The position numbers and the translations under genes were made by a program. From assembly GCA_947479075.1 (NCBI GenBank), contig CANJZR010000001.1, positions 1 through 35,680 on the forward strand: a DNA stretch of 35,680 bases. The letters run 5' to 3'. Below the pieces are notes generated by a model. The model worked only from the letters and a program-made list of their open reading frames with translations. It was not told the DNA's origin and made no database searches. The stretch comes from Planctomycetaceae bacterium. Its GTDB lineage: Bacteria; Planctomycetota; Planctomycetia; Planctomycetales; Planctomycetaceae. This document shows, piece by piece, positions 9,190 to 18,425 of this stretch; within the stretch, counting starts at the first letter, position 1; every line of letters begins with the position of its first letter.

Positions 9190-9831
9190 ATGCGTCGACT
9201 GATTGCCAGTGTTGTGATCTGTTCTTACTTGTCGCTGCTGGGGTTTGGCCTCTTCAGTCATGTGCTGGGCTATAAGCAATCAGACCATGTGGGCATGTAC
9301 TTCATCATCTGGGATATGTACTGCGGCTGGTGTGCGCATGAAGTTCGCCACCACATTATCGCCGAGGGAGAGAGCGGTCAGTACTACGAAGTGACACCCG
9401 CACCCTGGGGGGAATTCAGCCCCTTCGCTTCGATCGATCGGCACCACTACGATGGCTCGGCGTCCTTCACCGGGGCGCTGGCGACTCACATTCTGGAACA
9501 CACGGATCACGAACCTATCACAGAGGTCACTCTTGTCGAAGAGGCCTGGTCCAAGAAGTACAACCTGCCCGATGAGATGTACCTGGCCCAGAACGAAGTC
9601 CCCAAAGAGAAGCGAACGTATTTCCGTTCACGAAGTGTCCTCTCTCCCACGGGAGAGTTTCGCCAGCGGGCTCTCGACTGGACCGGATGGCTGTCGCACC
9701 AGGCCGTGGTCAACAACCCTCGCCTGCAGCAGAAGATGAAGGGGCAGCCATTCATGATGAGTGATTCATTCGCGTCTCCGACTCGCATACGACAAGCCAG
9801 CCACGAAACCGAAGACGCACCGCCGCAATAA
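9190..9831 (+). CDS. Hypothetical membrane-anchored protein with a CxxC motif, upstream partner of the HTTM gene
   Basis: There is an N-terminal hydrophobic helix (LIASVVICSYLSLLGFGLFSHVL). A second hydrophobic stretch ends in YCGWCAHE, with Cys codons at 9322-9324 and 9331-9333. A roughly 150-aa soluble part follows. The stop lies 40 nt before the HTTM start. I recognise no family. Confidence 0.6.
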   Translation: MRRLIASVVICSYLSLLGFGLFSHVLGYKQSDHVGMYFIIWDMYCGWCAHEVRHHIIAEGESGQYYEVTPAPWGEFSPFASIDRHHYDGSASFTGALATHILEHTDHEPITEVTLVEEAWSKKYNLPDEMYLAQNEVPKEKRTYFRSRSVLSPTGEFRQRALDWTGWLSHQAVVNNPRLQQKMKGQPFMMSDSFASPTRIRQASHETEDAPPQ

Positions 9832-9871
9832 CCCGCACCGACTGGAACCTGGATCCGCTCAAGAAGGTGAC

Positions 9872-11458
9872 ATGATGTCCCTCCCGACCGCACATGCCCC
9901 GATTGATCAAACGTCAGCCACAGAGCTTTCCGTCTGGTCACGCCTGAACAACTTCCTCTTTGCGGAAGAACGTCCCGTCGGGATGGCGCTGGCACGGATC
10001 CTGCTCCCGCTGGTGATCCTGTTTCCGACGCTGCACCGTGTATACCGTGTGCGTGAGTTCTACTCGCTGTCAGGTTCTCCGACCCCGATCTGGAACAACT
10101 ACGGCCAGGTGGGGTTCCTGCCGATCCCTTCCGCTCCGGTTGCAGCTGGGCTGTATGCTCTGTTCATTCTGGCTCTGGTGTCGAGTTGCATCGGCTGGAG
10201 AACTCGCACATCGCTGCTGTTGACTGCGATACTGTTGCCTTACTTCGGAATGCTCGACCTCATCAGTACGATGACGAAGTACGTCATCATCTGCACACAC
10301 GTTTTTTTTCTCCTGTCGATCTCCAGCTGTGGTCAGATCTGGTCGGTGGACCGCTGGCTGGCAGTCCGACGAGGCCAGGCCTGGAGTGAAACCGGGCCAG
10401 CCTGGCCACGACGATTGATCCAGATTCTGATCGGTGTGATCTATCTGGCTGCTGCGGCGACCAAGTTGCACACGCCGACGTTCTTTACCGGTGATCAGCT
10501 GCGGTTCTGGTTGCTGACCAACGTCAATATGGACAATCCATTCGGCGAGTATTTGTCCCAGTATCCCGGAATGATTCTGGTCATGGTCTACGTCACGATC
10601 TTCTGGGAGATCGTGTTCCTGTTCACCTGCTGGAAAGGGTTGGGACGGGCCGTCAATCTGTCCGTGGGACTCTTTTTCCACGTGATGACGATCTTCACGC
10701 TCGGCCTGGTGGTGTTTCCGCTGGTCTACTTCGTACTTTATTTTGTGTGGTACGAAGAGCGGGATCACCGGCGGGTGATGGCGTGGTGGCAGTCGTTGTT
10801 CGGACGGGACTTCCGCGCCCAGTTGCCAGCCTCGGAGAACGTCTCCGCGACGGGAACCGGCTGGAGATTTCCCAGTCTGGCCGCCTGGGGCCTGTGTGCC
10901 GCAGGAGTTGTGGCAGTGGGGGTCTGGATCGATCACAACGCCGATCCGTTTGGCGAGAAACGTCCCGAGGGACGTTTCGCCCTGCAGCCCATCAGCAAGG
11001 AACGAGTGGCCGAACTGCTGCGGAATGACTTACAGCTCGATGTGGCCGACAAGGTCTTTTCCATTGATGTCGGCTCAGTGAGATTCAATGACAATCTGGT
11101 CGACCGAAAGACTCAGTTCCATGTCGGTGACAAGGCGATGATCCAATGCAGTCTGCTGCCACCGCATGAGGATCTGTACATGGAGGCCCATCTGGTCAAT
11201 GAAGAGGGACGAATCGTTTACCGCCTGTGGCAGGTCGTGGCCCGCGAGATAATGCGTGGTCATTTCTGGTTCCAGATGGGTGACACCATGGATCCGGGGC
11301 TGTACACCGTCGTGATACGCATCGACGGAAAGGAAGCGGGCAGTCGTACGCTGGAACTGCTCCCCGGAGCATCGGCCGCAACCCAGGATACGGCGATTTC
11401 CGGACAGACTCCCCGGGGAGAACTCCCGGTGGCATCAGTGACATCCACCGAACGTTAG
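9872..11458 (+). CDS. HTTM domain protein (vitamin K-dependent gamma-carboxylase / SdpB-like polytopic membrane protein) with an extra roughly 170-aa C-terminal soluble domain
   Basis: The polytopic N-terminal part of about 330 aa has an HTTM-like layout: PVGMALARILLPLVILF near the N-terminus, TKLHTPTFFTGDQLRFWLL, and GLFFHVMTIFTLGLVVFP. Family assignment is from recall, not an HMM search. The start is set at the ATG at 9872 (MMSLPTAH...), preceded by GAAGG and lying after the upstream stop. Confidence 0.65.
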   Translation: MMSLPTAHAPIDQTSATELSVWSRLNNFLFAEERPVGMALARILLPLVILFPTLHRVYRVREFYSLSGSPTPIWNNYGQVGFLPIPSAPVAAGLYALFILALVSSCIGWRTRTSLLLTAILLPYFGMLDLISTMTKYVIICTHVFFLLSISSCGQIWSVDRWLAVRRGQAWSETGPAWPRRLIQILIGVIYLAAAATKLHTPTFFTGDQLRFWLLTNVNMDNPFGEYLSQYPGMILVMVYVTIFWEIVFLFTCWKGLGRAVNLSVGLFFHVMTIFTLGLVVFPLVYFVLYFVWYEERDHRRVMAWWQSLFGRDFRAQLPASENVSATGTGWRFPSLAAWGLCAAGVVAVGVWIDHNADPFGEKRPEGRFALQPISKERVAELLRNDLQLDVADKVFSIDVGSVRFNDNLVDRKTQFHVGDKAMIQCSLLPPHEDLYMEAHLVNEEGRIVYRLWQVVAREIMRGHFWFQMGDTMDPGLYTVVIRIDGKEAGSRTLELLPGASAATQDTAISGQTPRGELPVASVTSTER

Positions 11459-11565
11459 GTCCATGCAGGGTGTTCGCCATTTGACAACCCGCTGTGCGTG
11501 TGTTAATTCCCTGGCTGAACAAGGCTCGCAGAGACTTCAGATTCGTCTTCGTAAGTGCATCTCGC

Positions 11566-11985
11566 ATGAAACGGTCCTCACTCCATCGCGATTACCGGGT
11601 CTTGATTGCCGACGATGATCGTGGCTTTCGAGAGACGCTGGAAATCATTCTGGAACCTTACTTCCGGACGTTGACCGTGGAGTGTGCCGAGCAGGCGATC
11701 GAAGTCGTCGAGCATGACCCGATCGATCTCGTGTTGTTCGATATGCACATGCATGTGCTGACCGGTCTGGAAGCGGTTTCGATCGTCAAAAAGTTGCGGT
11801 CTGATCTGCCCTGTATTCTGATTACTGCTGACTTTACCGAGAGCCTGAAAATACAGGCACTGCAGGCCCAGGCCCATGCCGTGCTGAAAAAACCGGTGAC
11901 TCGACGCGACCTGATTCTGCAGGTCGGAACGGCGTTGTGTTCGACCTACAATGATCCCGAACTGGCTGAATGGCTGGCCTGTTGA
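11566..11985 (+). CDS. Stand-alone response-regulator receiver (CheY-like) protein
   Basis: Receiver signature residues are present: VLIADDD, DLVLFDMHM (phospho-acceptor Asp), ILITAD and VLKKP. There is no output domain. The start is moved to the ATG at 11566 (MKRSSLH...). Confidence 0.85.
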   Translation: MKRSSLHRDYRVLIADDDRGFRETLEIILEPYFRTLTVECAEQAIEVVEHDPIDLVLFDMHMHVLTGLEAVSIVKKLRSDLPCILITADFTESLKIQALQAQAHAVLKKPVTRRDLILQVGTALCSTYNDPELAEWLAC

Positions 11986-12156
11986 ATAAAGGCTGGAAAG
12001 AGCGATACTGTACCAGCGATCTCAAAGCCCTCTGTGGATGTGTTCAAGAGGTGGGGTTTCCTGCAGACTTCTTTCGATCACTGATTCGCGGCGTATGGAT
12101 GGGGCAAGGCCGGGACTCTCAACACACTTCCGCTGTACACGCAGGACACAACTCCG

Positions 12157-12819
12157 ATGGCGACCGTGACGATGCAGGTTCTCGAGGGGTTCGAGGCAGG
12201 TCGTTTGTACTGTGACCTGCACACGCCCATCACCATCGGTCGCGAAGAAGACAATGACATCCGCCTGAACGATGACCGGGTCAGCCGCTTCCATGCGAAG
12301 ATCCAGGAAGATGCCGGGCGGGTAATTCTGACCGATCTCGACAGTACAAACGGGACTCGCGTGAACGGTCACCCGGTCCGGATGCGAGTTCTTCAGCTGG
12401 GCGATCAGATCCTGTTCGGACGGTGCCTGATGGTTTTTGGCAGCCCCGAAGATCTGGCGGGCCTGCATGGTTCATCGCAGCTGTCAGCGTCCGGGGATTC
12501 TGCCTCACCCGATGTCGGCGAAGACGGGACGAACATGCCACAGGTCGCCGAACCCGCGATGGCTGTCGGGGATCAACTGTTCCACGGCAAGCGACCCGAA
12601 CTGCCCAGCGGACTGACACCGCTTCAAGCCGTTCAGGTTTCAGACCTGCTCTCGTACGTCCGGGCCAGCGTGCTGTTTGTCCTGGAGTGCGGCGAGGAGC
12701 AACGCCCCGTCCCGTTGAAAGGTTCAAACCGCATGACTGTCCCACCGGAGGCGTGGCACTTGCTGCAGAAGGTCCAGCTGGAACTCTCGCAGTGCCTGCG
12801 GGAGATTTCGGAACCCTAG
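12157..12819 (+). CDS. FHA domain-containing protein
   Basis: The N-terminal 95 aa match the FHA pattern: ITIGREEDNDIRLNDDRVSRFHAKI...LTDLDSTNGTRVNG...GDQILFG. The C-terminal half is unassigned. Confidence 0.85.
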   Translation: MATVTMQVLEGFEAGRLYCDLHTPITIGREEDNDIRLNDDRVSRFHAKIQEDAGRVILTDLDSTNGTRVNGHPVRMRVLQLGDQILFGRCLMVFGSPEDLAGLHGSSQLSASGDSASPDVGEDGTNMPQVAEPAMAVGDQLFHGKRPELPSGLTPLQAVQVSDLLSYVRASVLFVLECGEEQRPVPLKGSNRMTVPPEAWHLLQKVQLELSQCLREISEP

Positions 12820-12933
12820 CGTGCAGCGCTGACCGACATGTATCTGTCATCCGAATGTGCAGACCCCGACGGTCTCACTTCTACCGCTCACTCGAACAAA
12901 CAACACATACCCACCCCCTGACTTCAACATCCC

Positions 12934-14313
12934 ATGATGAACACCGAACTCCAGGCTGCCCTGCAGTGGAACGAACGCTACGCCGCCCAGTCTGTCGAAC
13001 AGTTGACCGAACTGCTCCGCATCCCGAGCGTGAGTGCACAGTCAAACCACAATGCCGATACGCGTCGAGCGGCGGAGTACGTGCGGGACCGGCTGAAGGC
13101 GGCCGGTTTGCAGACCGAACTGTGCGAAACCCCGGGACACCCGATCGTGTACGCTGAGTGGCTGGGAGCACCCGGCGCTCCGACAGTCATGGTTTACGGG
13201 CATTACGATGTCCAGCCGCCCGATCCGCTCGACAAGTGGGACAGCCCTCCGTTTGAGCCGGTTGTGCGCAAGGGAAACATCTACGCCCGTGGAGCGACCG
13301 ATGACAAGGGGCAGATGTTCACACACGTCCGCTCGGTCGCTTCGTGGTTGAAGACCGCCGGGCATCTGCCGGTGAATGTGAAGTTCGTCATTGAGGGCGA
13401 AGAAGAAGTCGGCAGCAATCATCTGGACCTGTGGCTGGAGGCCAACAAAGAACGCTGCCAGAACGATATCGCAGTCGTCAGTGATACCAGCCAGTACGGC
13501 CCCGGCATGCCCGCGATCACTTATGGTCTGCGCGGGATTATCGCGTGCGAGGTCGTGCTGCATGGACCGGGCAAGGACCTGCACAGCGGCGTCTTCGGTG
13601 GAGCAGTGGCCAACCCGGCGAATGCACTGGCTCATCTTGTCGGTCAGCTGCATGATGAACACGGACGAGTGCAGATCCCGGGGTTCTATGACGATGTCGG
13701 CGACCTGACCACAGAGGAGCGTGCGGAGTGGAGTCGACTCCCTTTTGATCAGGCGAAGTTCCTGGCGGAAGTCGGGTCGAGCGATGTCTGGGGCGAAGCG
13801 GACTTCACCACTCTCGAGCGTCGTTGGGCACGCCCGACATGCGATGTGAATGGCATGCTCAGTGGCTACACCGGCGAAGGCCCCAAGACGATCATCCCCA
13901 GCTGGGCGATGGCCAAGATCACCTGTCGACTGGTTCCGAACCAGGATGCCCACAAGATCGTGGCAGCTCTCCGCCAGTTCGTGGAAGCCCGACTGCGCCT
14001 GGGGATCCGGCTGGAGTTCAAGGAATACCACGGCTGCCCCGCGACGGTCTGCGACCTGACCAGTCCTTACATGGCCGCTGCGAAGCGGGCGATCGAGCGG
14101 GGCTTTGGTAAGGCTCCGGTGCTGATTCGTGAAGGGGGCTCGATTCCGGTGGTGGGAACGTTCAAGAAGATCCTGGGCGTCGACACACTGCTGCTCGGCT
14201 GGGGCCAGAACACCGACAATCTGCACAGCCCGAACGAAAAATTCTCCCTGGAAGACTACCAGCGCGGCATCCGCGCCAGCACCTGCCTGTGGTGGGAACT
14301 GGCGGGGAAGTAA
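12934..14313 (+). CDS. M20 family metallo-dipeptidase (CNDP/DUG1-like)
   Basis: M20 metal-ligand and catalytic contexts are present: YGHYDVQP, ARGATDDKGQ and FVIEGEEEVGS, with the conserved C-terminal GGSIP. Confidence 0.85.
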   Translation: MMNTELQAALQWNERYAAQSVEQLTELLRIPSVSAQSNHNADTRRAAEYVRDRLKAAGLQTELCETPGHPIVYAEWLGAPGAPTVMVYGHYDVQPPDPLDKWDSPPFEPVVRKGNIYARGATDDKGQMFTHVRSVASWLKTAGHLPVNVKFVIEGEEEVGSNHLDLWLEANKERCQNDIAVVSDTSQYGPGMPAITYGLRGIIACEVVLHGPGKDLHSGVFGGAVANPANALAHLVGQLHDEHGRVQIPGFYDDVGDLTTEERAEWSRLPFDQAKFLAEVGSSDVWGEADFTTLERRWARPTCDVNGMLSGYTGEGPKTIIPSWAMAKITCRLVPNQDAHKIVAALRQFVEARLRLGIRLEFKEYHGCPATVCDLTSPYMAAAKRAIERGFGKAPVLIREGGSIPVVGTFKKILGVDTLLLGWGQNTDNLHSPNEKFSLEDYQRGIRASTCLWWELAGK

Positions 14314-14350
14314 CGCAGAACGACCAAAATGATCCTCACTCTGAAACCGA

Positions 14351-14385
14351 GGGGCACGTCACAATTCGATGATGTGCCCTGTTTC
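14351..14385. terminator. Hairpin between convergent genes (candidate intrinsic terminator)
   Basis: The stem pairs GGGCACGTC (14352-14360) with GATGTGCCC (14371-14379), 9 bp including one G-U. The loop is 10 nt and is followed by TGTTTCATGG. The T-tract is weak. Confidence 0.4.
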
Positions 14386-14466
14386 ATGGTGGGGAAGGTT
14401 CAAAGCAGCGCTTGGTCGACCCGTCGGTCACGACTTTGAGTGTTTCCATTCTCTCTCGCCAGCAAC

Positions 14467-15717
14467 CTACTTCTCCAGAGTCGCATCCAGTACCGCTCGC
14501 AGGCTCATACGCAGCAGGGTGAGCTGGCCGCCTTTGATCTCCCCGGAGGGGTCGGTGTAGCCCGACTCGAACAGGCAGAGGATGCTGCCGTCTGGGTGGG
14601 CGACGATATCACTGTACCCAGCCATGCCAGGTTCGAGCACGACGCGACGGGACCAGGTGGCTCCCTCGTCGCGACTGACCTGCAGCGACAGATTGCGACG
14701 CGAAAGAGACTTACCCGGCCCTGGGGGAATTCCCTGGGCAGGATCGGGGGCCTCGTCTGACGAGTCGGGGGCGACATGAATCAAGTGGACCCGGTTCTCA
14801 GTTCGCACCCCCAGCAGCCCCGCTTTGCAGATCGGTTCGAAGAGCTGGGCGTGAAAGGCCGGGACCGACCAGTTGTCGAACCCGTTAGGACTGACGGCGA
14901 CGAGGCGTCGATACTTGGTCGACTCGTTGCGAATACTCAGGATCACACTGCCATCGCTGCGTTCGGCCGCCACGGTTTCGCTGGGATTGGGCTTCTCATC
15001 GGTGGTTGTTGCGACGATCGGCCCGCGCATCCAGTTCCGGCCGTGGTCATCGCTGACGATTACTGATACCGCTGAGGGGCGATGGGCGTGGCCCCCCGTT
15101 CCGGTCGAGAGCCAGACGGGAATCACCAGTCGTCCCGAGGTCAGGGCGATTCCGTGGCCGGGGCCGGTGGCGATCACCTTCCAGTCGTACTCGGGACGGA
15201 ACGGTTCAAAGGCCCTGGTAATTTCCTCCGGCGGGCTCCACGTCACCCCGTCATCGGAGCTATGCGAGATGAAGCACCGCATGTACTCCAGACAGTAAAC
15301 CAGATGCAGTGAACCGTCCCGCTCAGCAATCATCATCGGATTGTTGTAAGTCACTTCTCCCTCGACCGCGAGGTTCTTCTCGACGGCGACCGGGTTCTTG
15401 GCTTTGGGCCCCGGGAAGTCGGCAATCACAGCGGGCAGCGAGAAGGTCTTACCGCCATCCGTACTGCGCCGCATCAGGATATCGATGGGGCCCCAATCGC
15501 TCTTAGCCCGCTTGCGAGCTTCGCAGTAGGCGATGACGGTGCCCTTGGCCGTCACGACAATCCCGGGGATGCGATAGAGTTCGTAAGCCCCGTCCCCACC
15601 ACGAAATAAGTCGAGGCGTGACTCGACAATCGGGGGACTCTGGGCCCCAGCTGTCGATACAACCAGCAGAGTCCACACAGCCCAGAAGCTGGTGACTCGA
15701 AAGAATCGGATCAACAT
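14467..15717 (-). CDS. Secreted exo-alpha-sialidase (GH33, BNR/Asp-box repeats)
   Basis: It has the YRIPG (RIP) motif and four Asp-boxes: STDGGKTF, SSDDGVTWS, SDDHGRNW and SRDEGATWS. There is an N-terminal signal peptide (WAVWTLLVVSTAGAQ). The ATG at 15717 has GGAG 6 nt upstream; the track start at 15720 is a TTG one codon earlier. Confidence 0.85.
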   Translation of the reverse strand: MLIRFFRVTSFWAVWTLLVVSTAGAQSPPIVESRLDLFRGGDGAYELYRIPGIVVTAKGTVIAYCEARKRAKSDWGPIDILMRRSTDGGKTFSLPAVIADFPGPKAKNPVAVEKNLAVEGEVTYNNPMMIAERDGSLHLVYCLEYMRCFISHSSDDGVTWSPPEEITRAFEPFRPEYDWKVIATGPGHGIALTSGRLVIPVWLSTGTGGHAHRPSAVSVIVSDDHGRNWMRGPIVATTTDEKPNPSETVAAERSDGSVILSIRNESTKYRRLVAVSPNGFDNWSVPAFHAQLFEPICKAGLLGVRTENRVHLIHVAPDSSDEAPDPAQGIPPGPGKSLSRRNLSLQVSRDEGATWSRRVVLEPGMAGYSDIVAHPDGSILCLFESGYTDPSGEIKGGQLTLLRMSLRAVLDATLEK

Positions 15718-16119
15718 CAATCACTCCAGATCCGCAGGAATTCGAATGATCCTGAGCGGACAACGTTCCGGCGTCTGGACGCGACGAGCCGGAGCATGGA
15801 TGAGCCTGGAATCAGGCGTAGAGACAGGTCTTCGCTCGGCGAAAACGACGAACCCGGCGATCCGGTTCGGTCGGGCCCCCGACGATTTCCCCCTTGAGCG
15901 ATTGGGCAAAGTTTACGGTTCGCAGGGGGAATCTGCCAAGACTCTGCGAACCTTTCGGGGATTCAAATGTCGCAGAAAACGAGGAAATCAAAGGTTTGGC
16001 GACTTCGCCTTCGCCTCTCAGTTGTCTGCCCCCCTGCGTGGGGATAGACTGCTGGCTTCGCGCGGGAGCGTTGCGTTCCCGTTGCGACCACTGGACATTT
16101 TGTCAGCAGGAATGATCCC

Positions 16120-16623
16120 ATGCGTCACGTTCTCTCCGCGCTGGTCATGAACCGGCCCGGAGTTCTCGCTCACATTTCCGGCATGCTGGCCTCTCGCGAA
16201 TTCAATATCGAGAGTCTGTCTGTCGGTGCGACGGAAAATCCCGAGTTTTCGCGGATGACGTTTGTCGTGGCTGGGGACGCACGCGTCCTTGACCAGGTCC
16301 GCAAGCAGCTTGAGAAGATTGTCACCGTCGTCAAGGTGATCGACTACTCCAACCAGGAGTACGTCGAGCGAGACCTGATGCTGATCAAGGTCAGCACCGC
16401 AGGCGGAACGCGTTCGCAGGTCAAAGAACTGGTCGACATTTTCCGCGGCCGCATTGTTGGCGTGACCGCAGAGCATGTGATGATCGAAATCTCTGGAAAA
16501 GAACAGAAGATCGAATCGTTCATCGAAGCGGTGCGACCATTCGGAATTCTGGAGATGGTCCGGGCGGGGCGAATTGCTCTTCTCCGCGGCGAAGCAATTG
16601 TCAACGAACAAGCACCAGCCTAG
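16120..16623 (+). CDS. ilvN: Acetolactate synthase small (regulatory) subunit
   Basis: The N-terminal ACT domain is typical (HVLSALVMNRPGVLAHISGMLASREFNIESLSV), as is the IlvH-type C-terminal domain. It lies directly upstream of ilvC. Confidence 0.9.
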   Translation: MRHVLSALVMNRPGVLAHISGMLASREFNIESLSVGATENPEFSRMTFVVAGDARVLDQVRKQLEKIVTVVKVIDYSNQEYVERDLMLIKVSTAGGTRSQVKELVDIFRGRIVGVTAEHVMIEISGKEQKIESFIEAVRPFGILEMVRAGRIALLRGEAIVNEQAPA

Positions 16624-16756
16624 TTGCCGGTGAATTGAGAGGCGGGGCCGGGATGCCCTGTGTGTGGCCTGCGGTTCGCCGGAGGCCGTGTTTGCGGCGG
16701 GTCGAGGGCTTGTCCCCGCCAGCAGTTCTGTTCAACTCTTTTGTGTGAAGTCAGCC

Positions 16757-17761
16757 ATGTCGATCAAGGTCTACTACGACGATGACGCCGATCTGTCCGT
16801 GCTCAAGGGCAAGACGATCGCCATTCTGGGATACGGCAGCCAGGGACACGCCCAGGCTCAGAACCTGCGTGACAGCGGCTGTACCGTCGTCATCGGCCAG
16901 CGTCCCGGCAGTGCCAACTACGAGTTGGCCGTAAAGCACGGATTCAAGCCAGTTTCCGTCGAAGAAGCCACCAAGCAGGCTGACCTGGTCAACATTCTGT
17001 TGCCCGACGAAGTCCAGGGCGACATCTATCGCACCTCGATTCAGCCGAATCTGAAGCCGGGCGCCCTGCTGATGTGTTCGCACGGCTTCAACATCCACTT
17101 CAATCAGGTCACCCCGCCACCGGGAGTCGACACCGCGCTGGTCGCCCCCAAGGGCCCCGGCCACCTCGTTCGTAGCGAGTACGTCAAGGGCGGCGGCGTC
17201 CCCAGCCTGATCGCCATGGGTCCCGGATCCTCGGAAAACAGCCGTAAGCTGGCTTTGGCCTATGCCAAGGGCATCGGCGGAACCCGCGGTGGTGTGATCG
17301 AAACCACCTTCGCCGAAGAGACCGAAACTGACCTGTTCGGTGAGCAGGTCGTGCTGTGCGGCGGCGTCAGCGCCCTCGTGAAGGCCGGTTTCGAGACCCT
17401 CGTCGAAGCTGGTTATCAGCCTGAAATGGCCTACTTCGAGTGTATGCACGAACTCAAGCTGATCGTCGACCTGTTCTACCAGGGCGGCCTCAACTACATG
17501 CGTTACAGTGTTTCAAACACAGCTGAGTACGGCGATTACACCCGTGGACCACGGATCGTGACCGCGGAAACAAAGCTCGAAATGAAGCGAATTCTCAAGG
17601 AAATCCAGAGCGGCCAGTTTGCCCGCGACTGGCTCCTCGAGAACAAGGCCAACCAGGCCAGCTTCAAGGCGATCCGCCGCAACGAGCGTGGGCATCTGAT
17701 CGAAACCGTCGGTCGCAAGCTCCGCAAGATGATGAAGTGGATTGACTCGAAGGAAATGTAA
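16757..17761 (+). CDS. ilvC: Ketol-acid reductoisomerase (class I)
   Basis: [41 protein letters not shown] carries the NADP-binding motif, and similarity runs the full length. The start is moved to the ATG at 16757. Confidence 0.95.
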   Translation: MSIKVYYDDDADLSVLKGKTIAILGYGSQGHAQAQNLRDSGCTVVIGQRPGSANYELAVKHGFKPVSVEEATKQADLVNILLPDEVQGDIYRTSIQPNLKPGALLMCSHGFNIHFNQVTPPPGVDTALVAPKGPGHLVRSEYVKGGGVPSLIAMGPGSSENSRKLALAYAKGIGGTRGGVIETTFAEETETDLFGEQVVLCGGVSALVKAGFETLVEAGYQPEMAYFECMHELKLIVDLFYQGGLNYMRYSVSNTAEYGDYTRGPRIVTAETKLEMKRILKEIQSGQFARDWLLENKANQASFKAIRRNERGHLIETVGRKLRKMMKWIDSKEM

Positions 17762-17767
17762 GAGAAG

Positions 17768-17880
17768 TTTTCAGTCGTCAGTTTTCAGTGGTCAGTCAGA
17801 GGCTGTGTTCGGTAGGGGGTCAACGGACACCTGATCCAGCAGCTTTAGGGACTGACTGCTGATGACTGAGAACTGATCAC
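17768..17880. repeat. Inverted pair of TCAG-heptad arrays (copy 1), in the ilvC-rpsF spacer
   Basis: TCAG occurs at 17771, 17778, 17785, 17792 and 17796 (spacing 7-7-7-4). CTGA occurs at 17852, 17859, 17866 and 17873 (spacing 7-7-7). CAGTCAG (17793-17799) is complementary to CTGACTG (17852-17858). The left array begins 10 nt after the ilvC stop. Confidence 0.8.
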
Positions 17881-17958
17881 TCTCCAGCGTTGAAAAACGA
17901 ACGACGGCTGATACACTGCTTCGTTCGCGATTGTGCAGAACCGATTTGGAGATTGGCC

Positions 17959-18348
17959 TTGGCCCAGCATTTTTACGAGTGCATGTTTCTTCTGGATAGC
18001 GGTCGTTACGCGGTGAATTCCCGCGCGACGGAGGACGCTCTTCTGGAGATTTTGAACCGCTGTAATGCGGAAGTTGTGGCTCGCGCCCCGTGGCAAGATG
18101 GCAAGCTGGCTTACCAGATTGGCAACCACAAGAAGGGACTGCACTATCTGATTTACTTCAAGATGGACAGTGCCCAGGTCGACGAGTTCGGCCGGCTGTG
18201 CAAGCTGAGCGACGTGGTCGTGCGTCAAATGCTGCTCAATCACCCTGAGAAGCTCTTTACGCCCATGGCGGAAGCTCTGTCTCAGCACGTGACGGGCCAG
18301 GCTGACACCACCCCGATGGGTGTCACGCCCGACAAGATGTCCTACTAA
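17959..18348 (+). CDS. rpsF: 30S ribosomal protein S6
   Basis: The S6 core is HFYECMFLLDS...WQDGKLAYQIGNHKKGLHYLIYF...VVRQMLL. The likely start is the TTG at 17959, with GGAG (17948-17951) 7 nt upstream. The first in-frame ATG (17983) falls inside the conserved N-terminal strand. The track start at 17890 would add about 23 non-conserved residues. Confidence 0.85.
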   Translation: MAQHFYECMFLLDSGRYAVNSRATEDALLEILNRCNAEVVARAPWQDGKLAYQIGNHKKGLHYLIYFKMDSAQVDEFGRLCKLSDVVVRQMLLNHPEKLFTPMAEALSQHVTGQADTTPMGVTPDKMSY

Positions 18349-18425
18349 AGAACCGCATGCGTGGCAGCTTTGGCATCGTTGCCTGAGCTGCACACATCGG
18401 ACTCTTCGCATCTCAGGAACACGAC

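Noticed and set aside
15692-16150. A 152-aa plus-strand ORF spanning the sialidase-ilvN spacer, considered as a possible remnant of ilvB.
   Set aside because: It has no similarity to the acetolactate synthase large subunit (no ThDP motif), it is Arg/Gly/Ser-rich, and it overlaps both flanking gene starts.
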